A stretch of DNA of 41,190 nucleotides from Vitrella brassicaformis CCMP3155. Taxonomy: Eukaryota > Protista > Chromerida. Below, one piece after another: positions 21,753 through 31,135 of this stretch. A program made the position numbers and the translations under genes. The notes beneath the pieces were generated by a model that was not told the DNA's origin, made no database searches, and saw nothing but the letters and a program-made list of their open reading frames with translations. Where the stretch lies: assembly GCA_001179505.1 (NCBI GenBank), contig CDMY01000621.1, positions 1 to 41,190 on the forward strand, given 5' to 3'. Every line of letters begins with the position of its first letter. Position 1 is the stretch's first letter.

Positions 21753-22404
21753 TCAACCCAACAGCTGATCCTGCAAACATGGTGAATCGCACAAACGGCC
21801 AAAGAGAAGCCATCGGTTGTCCGTTTCTCACGCACATCGACCGTGTGTTCTGCTCACCTTGAAGACGAACACCTTGTAGGAGTAGTAGGGAGAGGAGGCC
21901 AAGCCAAGACCAACCAGCAGCAGCGGCACCACCGGACTCTTGGCCTGAATCACACACACACGCCATGGCAATGAACACCGCCCATGCACTCTTAAACAGA
22001 ACGCTCACCCCTCTGAGCCTCGAGAGCCCCGCAATCAGGGTGAAGTAGCCTCCCGTTGCCCCCAGTGCATAGCCCATCGGCGTGTAGTCGGTGTACTGGA
22101 TCACATAGGAAGACGCCGCAAACACCGTGCCCAGAGTGCATGACGCTGACATCAACACCCATACCCACACAAACACATGTGACGAGAGAGAAGGAAACCC
22201 CTCCCAGCAGCCATTCAATGCCTCCCTTGCAGCTGCGCCTCCCACCTGCCAGCGATTTGAGGGAGCCTGCTGTGGCATAGGCCACTCCACCGGCGCCAAA
22301 TAAGACGGCAGCGCACGATGTCGCCTGCATGAAACAGCGAAAGCAGCAGATTCAATGAAGCGATTCCGCCGGCAGTCCAATGCTCTTACGATGTGATGGG
22401 ACAT
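21753..22404 (-). CDS. TMEM14: TMEM14 family (Tmemb_14) small membrane protein, ~114 aa, 5 exons
   Basis: Spliced: MSHHI|ATSCAAVLFGAGGVAYATAGSLKSLA|ASCTLGTVFAASSYVIQYTDYTPMGYALGATGGYFTLIAGLSRLRG|AKSPVVPLLLVGLGLASSPYYSYKVFVFK|DQLLG*. The H..A..A.L..GG..GY...GS..SLAA...G pattern is typical of TMEM14. Confidence 0.85.
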
Positions 22405-22452
22405 CGCGAAGCGCGGAAGGGCAGATCCGGCTCACGAAGTTTCCCCTTTTTA

Positions 22453-22643
22453 AGCTCGCAAGTCCCGATCGGTTGCGAAGGAGGAGGAAGAGGGAGAAAG
22501 AGGCCAAAGAGGGCGACAGAGGGATGGCGTCGATCCCTATAAGCGGAAGGGGCGGCTAATTCGCCCTGATGATGGATAGAGTATCGCCCCTCTGCCCTAC
22601 ATCAGTGACGGCTGACACCCGATTCAGCCCGCTCGTTGCTCAG
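22453..22643 (-). repeat. Dispersed non-coding element, copy 2; fills most of the 258-bp divergent intergenic between TMEM14 and the F-box-like gene
   Basis: Reverse complement matches 129-307 (about 95% identity over the ~101-nt core). Confidence 0.9.
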
Positions 22644-22662
22644 TAATTAGCGCGTGTTTGAG

Positions 22663-24453
22663 ATGTCTGATGGCGCTGATGGCGGGAAGCGCCAGCGCGT
22701 CGACGGCCCGGCTGCCTCAGGTAAGCCGAGAGATGCAGAGGATGGGGTGAAGCATGGTATGAACAGATGATGTGCTGTGTGTTGTCAGGTCATGGGATGA
22801 GTGGAGTGTCATCATCGCAGCACCAGCAGATGGATGCCGCCCATAACGCATCGGTGGGCGGTCTGTCCCATACACCTTTGACCGCCCTCTGTGCGCCATC
22901 ACAACTCTGTGTGTGTTGTGCGTCCGTGTGCAGGCGGCCGGCGGTAGTCTTAGTTTTGAGGAGCTGCAGCGGCGCTTCTCAGTGCTGCTGGCACAAGTGA
23001 CACAGGTAAGGACGCGATGACGACACACATCCACACACACAGCTCGGCCTTGTGTTGGTCAGGTGGAGTGTGATGTGACGACCATTGAAGGCTCGTTCGT
23101 CGCCAATGTCGCTGCCAGGGTCAGAGAGGTTATCCCATCACCACCGCCGCCATGACTTATTCCTCTCTGTCTGTGTCGATGGCCTCAGCTGCCGTCTGAT
23201 GCCTCTCACTGGTATACCCTCAAGAGCAGCATCTCGGCGGCCTCTGAGGCCCTCACCGCCATCACACGAGGCATGGCGGCCACTCACCCACCCCAGGCCC
23301 CTCCCTCACACCCCCATCCCTCCCCGCCAGCTGCCCATGCCGCCCCCACTCACACCGAACACACTGGAGGCGCTGCCGCCACCAGCACCCTGCCGCCTGA
23401 TGTCTGCCGCGACGTCATCTACCGGTGCCTGCCCATCGATGAGGCCGTCTGCTCGGCCCGCCCCATCAGCAGGGCACACGGCAGCCAACTCGTCAATGAG
23501 GCCTTCGCGCTGCGCCGCGTCGACAAGCACCTCACGGACACCAACCTCACCGGCCTCATCGACGTGCACCGGCCGACCCTTCAGTACTACACCAAGTGCG
23601 CATATGCCCTCGAGCATGGCGGGGCGGTGTGGTGTGAGTGGCCCGACTTCATCCGGCTGGCTGACATCTACAAGCTGACCGACGGTCTGCCCTTGATCAT
23701 GTCGTCCCAGTGGATGGCGGCCCACCTGCCCACCAAGGCCGACTTCCACACCATGCCCCTCGCCCTTCGCCAGTACAGCACATTCGGCCACCTCCTCAAC
23801 TATGAGGGCACCAGCCTGGCGCTCACAAAGGTGGATGAGGCCGATGACAGCGATGGCGAGGATGGCGACGAGGCCAAGAAGGAGGATGGAGGGGGGAGGG
23901 GAACGAAGAGGGGGAGGGGGACGGTGGGGTGACACGGCAGCGGTATCGCATCGGAAGCGGCCAGCGAGAGTGGCGCTTTGAGACGGTGCCGCTGTCCGGC
24001 CTCCCTCCCCAGCATCGCTTCCGTGAGACATACGACCCCCACAACCCGCCCGTCCGCCACGATGGCTCCCTCTTCCCCTCATTCACGGCCTTCATGAAGT
24101 GGTTGGTGTTGGCGGAGTGGTATGGCCAAGAGGGAGCGGACGAGAAGCGGATATTTGGAAGGAGAGTAGGCGATGGCGATGAGCGGTATCAGCGACTGCT
24201 GACCGAGCCCATAGACGGCCACACCACCATCGACTACACTGACGGGCGGGAGCGACACATCATCCTCAAGGGCATGAAGGAGGGCGACACCGTCGCCGCC
24301 CACCTGTACCTGACCGACGGCGACATCAACCTCTACACGACCGAGGCGGCCATCAAGGGCCACACGCGGCTAGCCGGCCGATATCCCATCGCGATGTCCC
24401 TGGTCCGCCCCCTGTTGACCAAACACCGACTCGCCCACCTCATACCAAAGTAG
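22663..24453 (+). pseudogene. Lineage-specific multicopy-type protein with N-terminal coiled coil and F-box-like motif; carries a 1-nt frameshift near 23891-23896 (pseudogene or assembly error)
   Basis: Four short phase-consistent exons (MSDGADGGKRQRVDGPAAS|GHGM..|AAGGSLSFEELQRRFSVLLAQVTQ|VECDV..RVRE|) splice in frame (23189) into the 23273-23932 ORF containing LPPDVCRDVIYRCLP. The 23929-24453 ORF continues in a shifted frame. One extra G in the G6 run restores EDGGGEGNEEGEGDGGVTRQRY. Confidence 0.65.
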
Positions 24454-25395
24454 AGGAGACTACACAGGTAAGCCCGGGGGAGGACATCCGGCAGTGCCAC
24501 AGATGGTGGTCTGTGTATGTTTGTGTGTGTGTCTGTGTGTGAGATGGTGTGCAGGTTGATCTGTTCCGAGTGTTGGCTGAGACTGTCAAGTAGATGGACA
24601 GATGGACGGCCTATCGATTGCTAGCTGGCGTGCGTGATACATGTCTGTGTGAGAGGTGCAGCCTTTTCTGACTTGACTGATTGATCGCTGCATGGAAGTG
24701 TCACTCACTCAGTCCATAGCCACACCGCTGTCCTGTCAGCCATCACTCCCACAGCATCATGCTGATCTCACGCAGCTTTCTCACCACCAAAACACGATAA
24801 ATGGCTGTGGTGACACTCAGCGGCGCCAGTGACAGAGACATGGGCTGAGTGGGTGGCGGATGGCGTTCGCCCGCCCCGCCTCAGATCAGCGGCGGGATGT
24901 GTGTGTGCGTGATGGGCGAACGACTCAGGCGCATGGGCGAGTCCATTCATATGTGCGTGTGTTATTGGCAGTTTAATCTGGATATCCTTGGTCGCACCTC
25001 ATGAATACCGCCAAAGAGGCTTGCCAGAAAGTGAGCGTCTCTTGCCTTCTGCAGGCGTACATACCTACCGTCCAAAGAGAGGGACGCACATAGCGCACAG
25101 CGGGTCAGGTTTGTGACTCGGAGCAGTCGGAATGGGCGGCGGCACACGAGGGGCAGGGGGCGAGTGAAAGGGTGGTCGCACAAAGCGCACACAGGCGGGG
25201 TAAGGGGCCAGAATGCCGAGGGAAGGCGTGAAAGCCGAGAAACGTAGAAAAAAAGGTAGGGTTTCCGGGGTTGTCTCGGATTTCAATTCTCGCCGCGCGA
25301 TCTCGCCTGGTCTCGCCGTAGCTCCGTCAGCCCTGTCACGTATCCCGTGGGGGACCCTAAGTGGCCGATTGCGCACGTCGTTTTTCACGAAGACG

Positions 25396-26201
25396 ATGGG
25401 TCGTTTGGCCTTGCTGCCATCCTGCTGGTCGGCTTCGTAGCCGTTGTGGCATCCCAGCGCACCAGCGACCGACGTAAGCAGAGGGGGGACGCACAGGCGC
25501 CGAACTGACCGTGCACCAATGCAGCACCGTGGCAGATCTCCCCATATATGCCCAAACTGAGTGTTTTCTCTGCTCTTTGTGCATACGGATGGCTGGATGG
25601 CTAATCTATGGCTGCAGAGGTGTCGGTGGCTGCTCATGAGCACGGTAGGTGTTCTTGCCGGCGCCGGATCCTTCATCCGACTGAAGTGCATCCAGCGCAT
25701 CGCATACATATGTATGTCTGTTGTTCCCGTCTTCTTTCTTGCAGGTGGGGAGATGTCACTGGCCATGGTCCAGCTGGACCCAGCTCTGGAGCAGGCCAAG
25801 AGCACCCTCACGGCCGCTCGTGATCTGATCACCGCGGCCATCAACACCATCGACACGGCCCACCGGACCATCATCTCAAAACCAGGTCAGCTCGGTCACA
25901 TGGCACGTATACCCCCTGGCCACATTTGGGGGTGTGTGTGTATGCGTGTGTGTGTGTGTATGTGTGTGTGTGTATGTGTGCAAAAGGGGCTTCATGCGGT
26001 TACGACAATTTCGGCGACAAATCCGGTGCCGGCGTGACTCTCTGCGGCGGCGAGGACGAAGTGTGTCTCATTGATGAGGCGACTTCGTTCTCAGGTTATG
26101 GCGAGTGCATCAAGGAGAGCGAGGTAAAGGGAAAGCACGCGCCCTGCGGCGGGGAGAAGGGAATCTGGAAGAAGTGGGGGGGCAAGTTCCTCTGCAGCTA
26201 G
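25396..26201 (+). CDS. Putative small secreted protein (helical segment plus Cys-containing C-terminus); first exon appears frameshifted
   Basis: Exons GGEMSLAMVQLDPALEQAKSTLTAARDLITAAINTIDTAHRTIISKP| and GASCGYDNFGDKSGAGVTLCGGEDEVCLIDEATSFSGYGECIKESE... have coding-like codons and canonical splice sites. A signal-peptide-like stretch GLAAILLVGFVAVVAS is one base out of frame with the ATG at 25396. Confidence 0.45.
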
Positions 26202-27161
26202 CTGATAGGCTGGATCGAGCTCGATAGTAGGGTGGGGCTGAGTGGGGTGGGGCTCGTGGGATCACTCCACCTGTCTGTCTGCCTGTCTGCATGATGGATG
26301 GGTTTTAAATGACGTGTGCTCTATGTGTGTGTGTCTCTTTGTGGTGTGACGTGTTGTGTTCTGCCGCTCTCCTTCTTTTCCGGTGAGTATAGACAGCACA
26401 GAGGAGACTGGATGGATGGATGGATGGCCTGTCTGTCTGCTTGCGTGAATCGGCGGTAGGGGGGCTGTCGCCGTACACGTCACATCAGAGAGAGGGACGG
26501 TCGTGTGTCGCGATCTATACCGGCCGGTGTGTATATCTGCGTGGGTACATAATCGTGAGGGACGCACAGACGCATCAATCAATTACTGGTGGAAGAAGGT
26601 TTACAAAGCGCTGTTTCCAGACACATTGTGTAGGTCTGTGCCGCACACACATCAGTCAGTCAGTCAGTCGGCCAACAAACACCACTGATTGCATGATGCG
26701 ATCCATACACATCAGGCAGTCAGTCAGTCAGTCGTCAGTCGTCGAGCCGAATAAACAGAAAAACACATAACACACAGCCAGGCACCAGACATACATGGCC
26801 GGTGAGATGCATGCACACATGCACGCGTACCGGAACTGGCAGGTGGCACTTGGTCGGCCTCAAGCCGCTCCTCAGCCCCTGCAATCAATCAGTGGGCGTA
26901 CACACACAACAGACATCCGCTGACTTGACATGTGTGTGTTTTCATGCTCATGCACTGAATGTGGCAACATCTGTGACCAGCCGCCCAGCATTCAATTTTC
27001 CGGTCCTCTGTCCGATGATTTCAATCATTTTTTGCATGTTGCGTTGCCGGATTTCGCCTGTCTCTGTCGTATATCATGAATGCTCTCTGCCTGCCTGCAA
27101 CGGTGATGAATATGTGATGAATTCTCTTCTGTTCTCTCCCTTTTTGGCTTGTAAAGGGGAG

Positions 27162-27687
27162 ATGGCCGGCTTACAGAGTCTGAGATTAACACAGAAAAAC
27201 ACAACAATCACAGCGCCGACAACATACCGAGTGATTACTGATGTGTTATTCCTGAGCGGTTACCTGTACAGGTAACCGTGCTTCTTGCGTGCGCCCAGCC
27301 AATCAAGGGGCACACGCAAGAGACACAACGCATTAGCTGTAAAAGTCACCCATCATTGCATGCGGCTCAAACTGTCGTACTCAATTCCATCAGCCGGCAA
27401 CGTTGTGCGGAAGTCTTCCAACTCGTCCACTTGCGTCAACGACCCATGCAGCCATGCCCATGCAGCCAAGACGAGGGCATCGAGCCAAGCAAGGTAGGTA
27501 CCCTGCACCACGGCCAACACGACCCCAGCGGCTGACTGAGTTGTGTCTGTGGTGTGGTCAGGGTGTGTCTGCCCGTTTCCGCCCTCCTGAGGATGTGTCG
27601 CCGGTGACCAACTCGCATTCGTTCCTCAAGGACGGCATCCTCTTCGCCCTGAGCATGTGTCCACTTGCTTCATTGCATGCATGCTAG
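27162..27687 (+). CDS. Possible 3-exon orphan ORF (~130 aa) or spliced non-coding transcript
   Basis: Donors tacag|gtaacc and aag|gtaggt and acceptors cattag| and ggtcag| join in consistent phase without stops; no recognisable motif. Confidence 0.3.
27257..27278. repeat. Perfect 22-bp palindrome CGGTTACCTGTACAGGTAACCG
   Basis: The sequence equals its own reverse complement (checked base by base). Confidence 0.97.
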
Positions 27688-27700
27688 GGTAATGCATGCA
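27674..27700. promoter_or_regulatory. Pair of TGCATGCA palindromes (candidate ApiAP2-type sites) about 145 bp upstream of the secreted-protein gene
   Basis: TGCATGCA at 27674-27681 and 27693-27700. The motif is a known ApiAP2 target in apicomplexans; function here is inferred only. Confidence 0.35.
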
Positions 27701-27845
27701 CGCCCCCAGTCTTGGCCCCCCACCTCTTCATCGGCTCCTCGCGCGACCTCCCCCCTATTCCATTTATCCATCCCATCCAATTCCCATCCACATATTCCGA
27801 TTCATCACGAGGGCCTCCCCTTGCCTGTCCCGTGACACCGCAACA

Positions 27846-28605
27846 ATGCATTGCAGCACCGCCTCCATCCTCCTCGTGTCCGTCCTCATCGGCACTCTCC
27901 TCATCTCCCCCGCCATCGCCACAAGAGCCACCGCCCCGTCCGTCTACGTCAATCAGCTCGAATCAGACTCTGCGCTTGGTGAGGATCAGCGCCATGCCAC
28001 TGAGGAGCCCGGCAGCCATGCCAAGGCGTTCGCCCACTACGTGAGCCACAAGGCGGCCCAGGAGCTTGCAGACCTCATCCATAGCCACCCTGCAGGCTCA
28101 GCAGGGGACACCTCGGCTCCCGTGGCTTTCTCGACTCTGTCTGTGGATGAGAACCACGGCGGCTACGGCGGCCACGGCGGCTACGGCGGCGACGGCGGGG
28201 GTGGGCAGCCGGTGGTGCGGATGCCCCCTGGCCTGATTGAGCGCGCCAATGGGATGTATGGCGAGATCAGGGAGAGCCGCACCCTGCTGACCAAGCTCAG
28301 ATCGGCGCTGTTCAAGCACATGGTACAAGGGGGAGAGAGAGAGGGGAAGCGAGAAGGGGACGGGACACCTGTGGTTCTGTGTGTGTGTGTGTGTTTATGT
28401 GTTGGAAACAGATAAGTCAGGCGATGCAGCTGATCCAGATGGCAGCGCAGGCGTGCTGCGAGAAGCTGTCCAAGGCCGAGGGCATCATGCAGACATTCAT
28501 TCACCAGACCCCTACTGGCATCATCCCACAGATCAACACCATGTTCAAGGCTGTGGTACGCTGCGCACACCGCAACATGGGCATTCATGCTGTGGCTGCA
28601 TGTCT

Positions 28606-28639
<34 letters not shown>

Positions 28640-30097
28640 GTGCAGGCGGCCGCTGCTGTTAGACTGGCGCGTCTGCTGCAGGAGCTGCAGCGATGCTACC
28701 TGGAAGAAGCCAAGGCGCGCTGGCAACTCGTAAGAGCATACAGACACGTGCACATGAGGGAGGCAGTGGACATTGACGCTCTTGGTGTAGGCCGACAAGG
28801 TGGCCACTCACCGCGAGCACATGAACGCTCTCACCTGGCAGCTGGCCAGACCGGATCACTTAAGATACGCGAACTCATGGCCCAAGCCTGTACTGTCTTT
28901 GTCTTTGTCTTGTCATTATCGATCAGAAAATGTTTGAGGACGAGATCCGCTCCCTCACCGGAGAAGTCCAATCCCTACCCAGGGTAAGCACAGAGACAGA
29001 CAGACACCACACCCTTTTATTCCTTGTCTATGTCCATGTCTCTGACTGTCTTGATGTGTCTCTGTTATGTGCAAATGGATCGATACATAGGAGTTTGAGA
29101 GAAGTGTGGACTGCGAGCAGGGCGGCGATACGCTGGACCCCCTGTCGAGCGACCCGTCATGCCGTGTGGCCTTCAAGCAGAACCCCTGCTGCCGCGGCAC
29201 CACCGTCCACCAGTGCGCTGCCTCTTCAGCCAGTGCCACCAAGACCATCAAACGGATTCTCACCGTCTACTGCGAGCAAAACGGAGGTAAGGTAGATCAG
29301 CCACAATGGGCGGGGGAATGAATGGCCAGGTCACTTTCTCTCTCCCTCCCTGTGTGCAGGTGGCGGTGTGTCGCTTGGCGACTTCTCAGACACCTTTGGA
29401 GGCTTCTGTACGTGATGTGCAAGGAAGAAACGATGCCAGATCAGATATCACCACTCACTCACCCACTCAGCTATCTCTGTTTTTGTCTTCAGCAGCTGGC
29501 GGCGATTTCGGCGGCTTCCACAACACCTCTTACTCGGCTGGCTCGTTCAAGGGCCCCATCAATGCCTTCCCCCAGCTGCCAGCCCTCGCCACCCATCCGC
29601 AGCAGCAGCGTACATGCCCCACAAGACCCCCGCCACCCCTTCACATCAGGGAGGGGGTGGCATCTGGACACACAGCCCATACTGTAAGCAAGCCATTGAT
29701 CGCTCAAAACCTGGATGGACACACGTCGCCTGCGTGGCGTCTGTGTTGGTATGTCTGTCCACTCCACTCAGTCACGAAAAGGAATGTGTCGAGCGCTGCG
29801 GACGACACGGCCCTGCTCGAGGGTGATCTGTCCTCCTTCCCCCGGGTCCCGGACTCCGGCCTCTCCGAAGACGACCTCTCGTCCGGTCGGTACACATTCC
29901 CACAGACACTCACCAAGTGCCATCCATTCTGTCTGTCTGTCTGTCTCTTGTGTGTGGGCTCAGTTGCGCACGCGTTGAATCGTTCGGTGACGATGTCGCA
30001 CTTCACGACCCCCACCCACTACAACTTCTCCTCTTTTGGGGGCAACACGACTCAAGCAGCGGGGCGCAGGAGCGTCATCGGAGGGGAGCCCTGCTAG
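27846..30097 (+). CDS. Secreted hypothetical protein (about 10 exons): signal peptide, GGYGGH repeats, helical/coiled-coil region, Cys-rich module, Ser/Gly-rich tail
   Basis: MHCSTASILLVSVLIGTLLISPAIA is a clear signal peptide. Successive exons (ISQAMQLIQMAAQACCEKL.., AAAAVRLARLLQELQRCY.., KMFEDEIRSL.., EFERSVDCEQGG..CRVAFKQNPCCRGTTVHQC..YCEQNG, ..GEPC*) are mostly phase-consistent; the junction near 28850-28927 is unresolved. Confidence 0.7.
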
Positions 30098-30448
30098 AAG
30101 AAGAATTGATGGCTGGATGGCGGCAGTGCAGACAAACAGAGGAGAGTGCACATGCGGAGGGAGCGAGGGAGAGAGGGAGGGAAGGCAGAGAGACAGCGGT
30201 GGATGGATGGATGCATGGAGGTTACATGCTGACATCGTGAGGCTGTGAGGCATCTGGACATACGGACGGACGGACGGACGGACGGACGCATGGTACATGT
30301 CATGAATGGCCTGTGGAATGGTGGGTGGAAACAGAGATTCCAAGTCACATCAATGGTCGTATCGATGACCCGGACGACCCGGACATCAACACAGACGTAA
30401 CCAACCAATCTGGCAGTACTCACCGTTCGTTAGTTTGACGCCGTCGTG

Positions 30449-30838
30449 TGTGGTTTGACGATTTGCTGGCCCGGCTTGAGAGCATGCGGGCAGGGACGGC
30501 CGACCCGACAAGCGAGACATGGAAGCAGTCCAACCAGCAGCTCCTCAACTACCACAACGCACAAGTAACCAGACAGACAGAGACACACACAACAGCAACT
30601 GATGTCTCCCTCCCTCCCTCCTGCCAGACACACAGACAGAGACCCCATCCGTCTGTGTGTGTGGTTGGTGGATGATCTAGTTCCGTTGTCTGGCGGGTCG
30701 GCCTTGTCTGCCACAGCGTCGAGTGGTCGGCTGGGCGTCACCATTGTGCTGGCCGTGTCGGCCGTGGCGCTCGCTGCGGCGCTGGTGCTGGCGACTGTGT
30801 ACATGTACAAAGACAGCATGCTCTTCGCTGCCAGATAG
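30449..30838 (+). other. Two coding-like fragments (WFDDLLARLESMR... and TM-like GVTIVLAVSAVALAAALVLATVYMYK) that do not splice in phase; decayed gene or microprotein
   Basis: GC3-rich codons and a typical intron (gtaacc...tag) between them, but the first frame has an upstream stop and the phases mismatch. An alternative ATG near 30518 would give a ~67-aa single-pass peptide. Confidence 0.3.
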
Positions 30839-31135
30839 ATAAACACACACACAGACACACAGACGAACAGACAAATGTGAGACCGACGCACACACAATGC
30901 ATTGTATGAGACTGACGCATGTGTGAGTCTCCATGCTCTCATGAAAGAAACAAAAGACCTGTGTCTTAGCCGCTGTCAGCTGCCTGCAGCAGGTGGGCAA
31001 CGGCCTGCGCATCAGTCTGATTGGACCAATGCGCAGCACATTGCACACTCAGATGTTACAGCTGACAGGGTACATGAAGGACATGAGAAACGAGTCCGTT
31101 TACTCACAGCCGCACCACTGGGCAGCCACCTCTAG

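Noticed and set aside
22567-22615. C/D-box snoRNA inside the repeated element (TGATGA...CTGA)
   Set aside because: The boxes span only 49 nt with no terminal stem or clear C'/D' boxes; too short to support without an Rfam or snoscan hit.
129-22643. The two inverted copies as terminal inverted repeats of a ~22.5-kb transposon
   Set aside because: The enclosed DNA is ordinary intron-rich host genes with no transposase, integrase or polymerase. The outer flanks show no target-site duplication.
24950-25210. Minus-strand Cys-containing ORF 24962-25192 as a zinc-finger gene
   Set aside because: The Cys pairs derive from TG-rich repeat-like sequence, and no consistent exon chain or domain spacing was found.
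26960-27260. Lower-GC patch as horizontally acquired DNA
   Set aside because: It is only about 300 bp with no mobile-element or foreign-gene signature, and is compatible with promoter or UTR composition.
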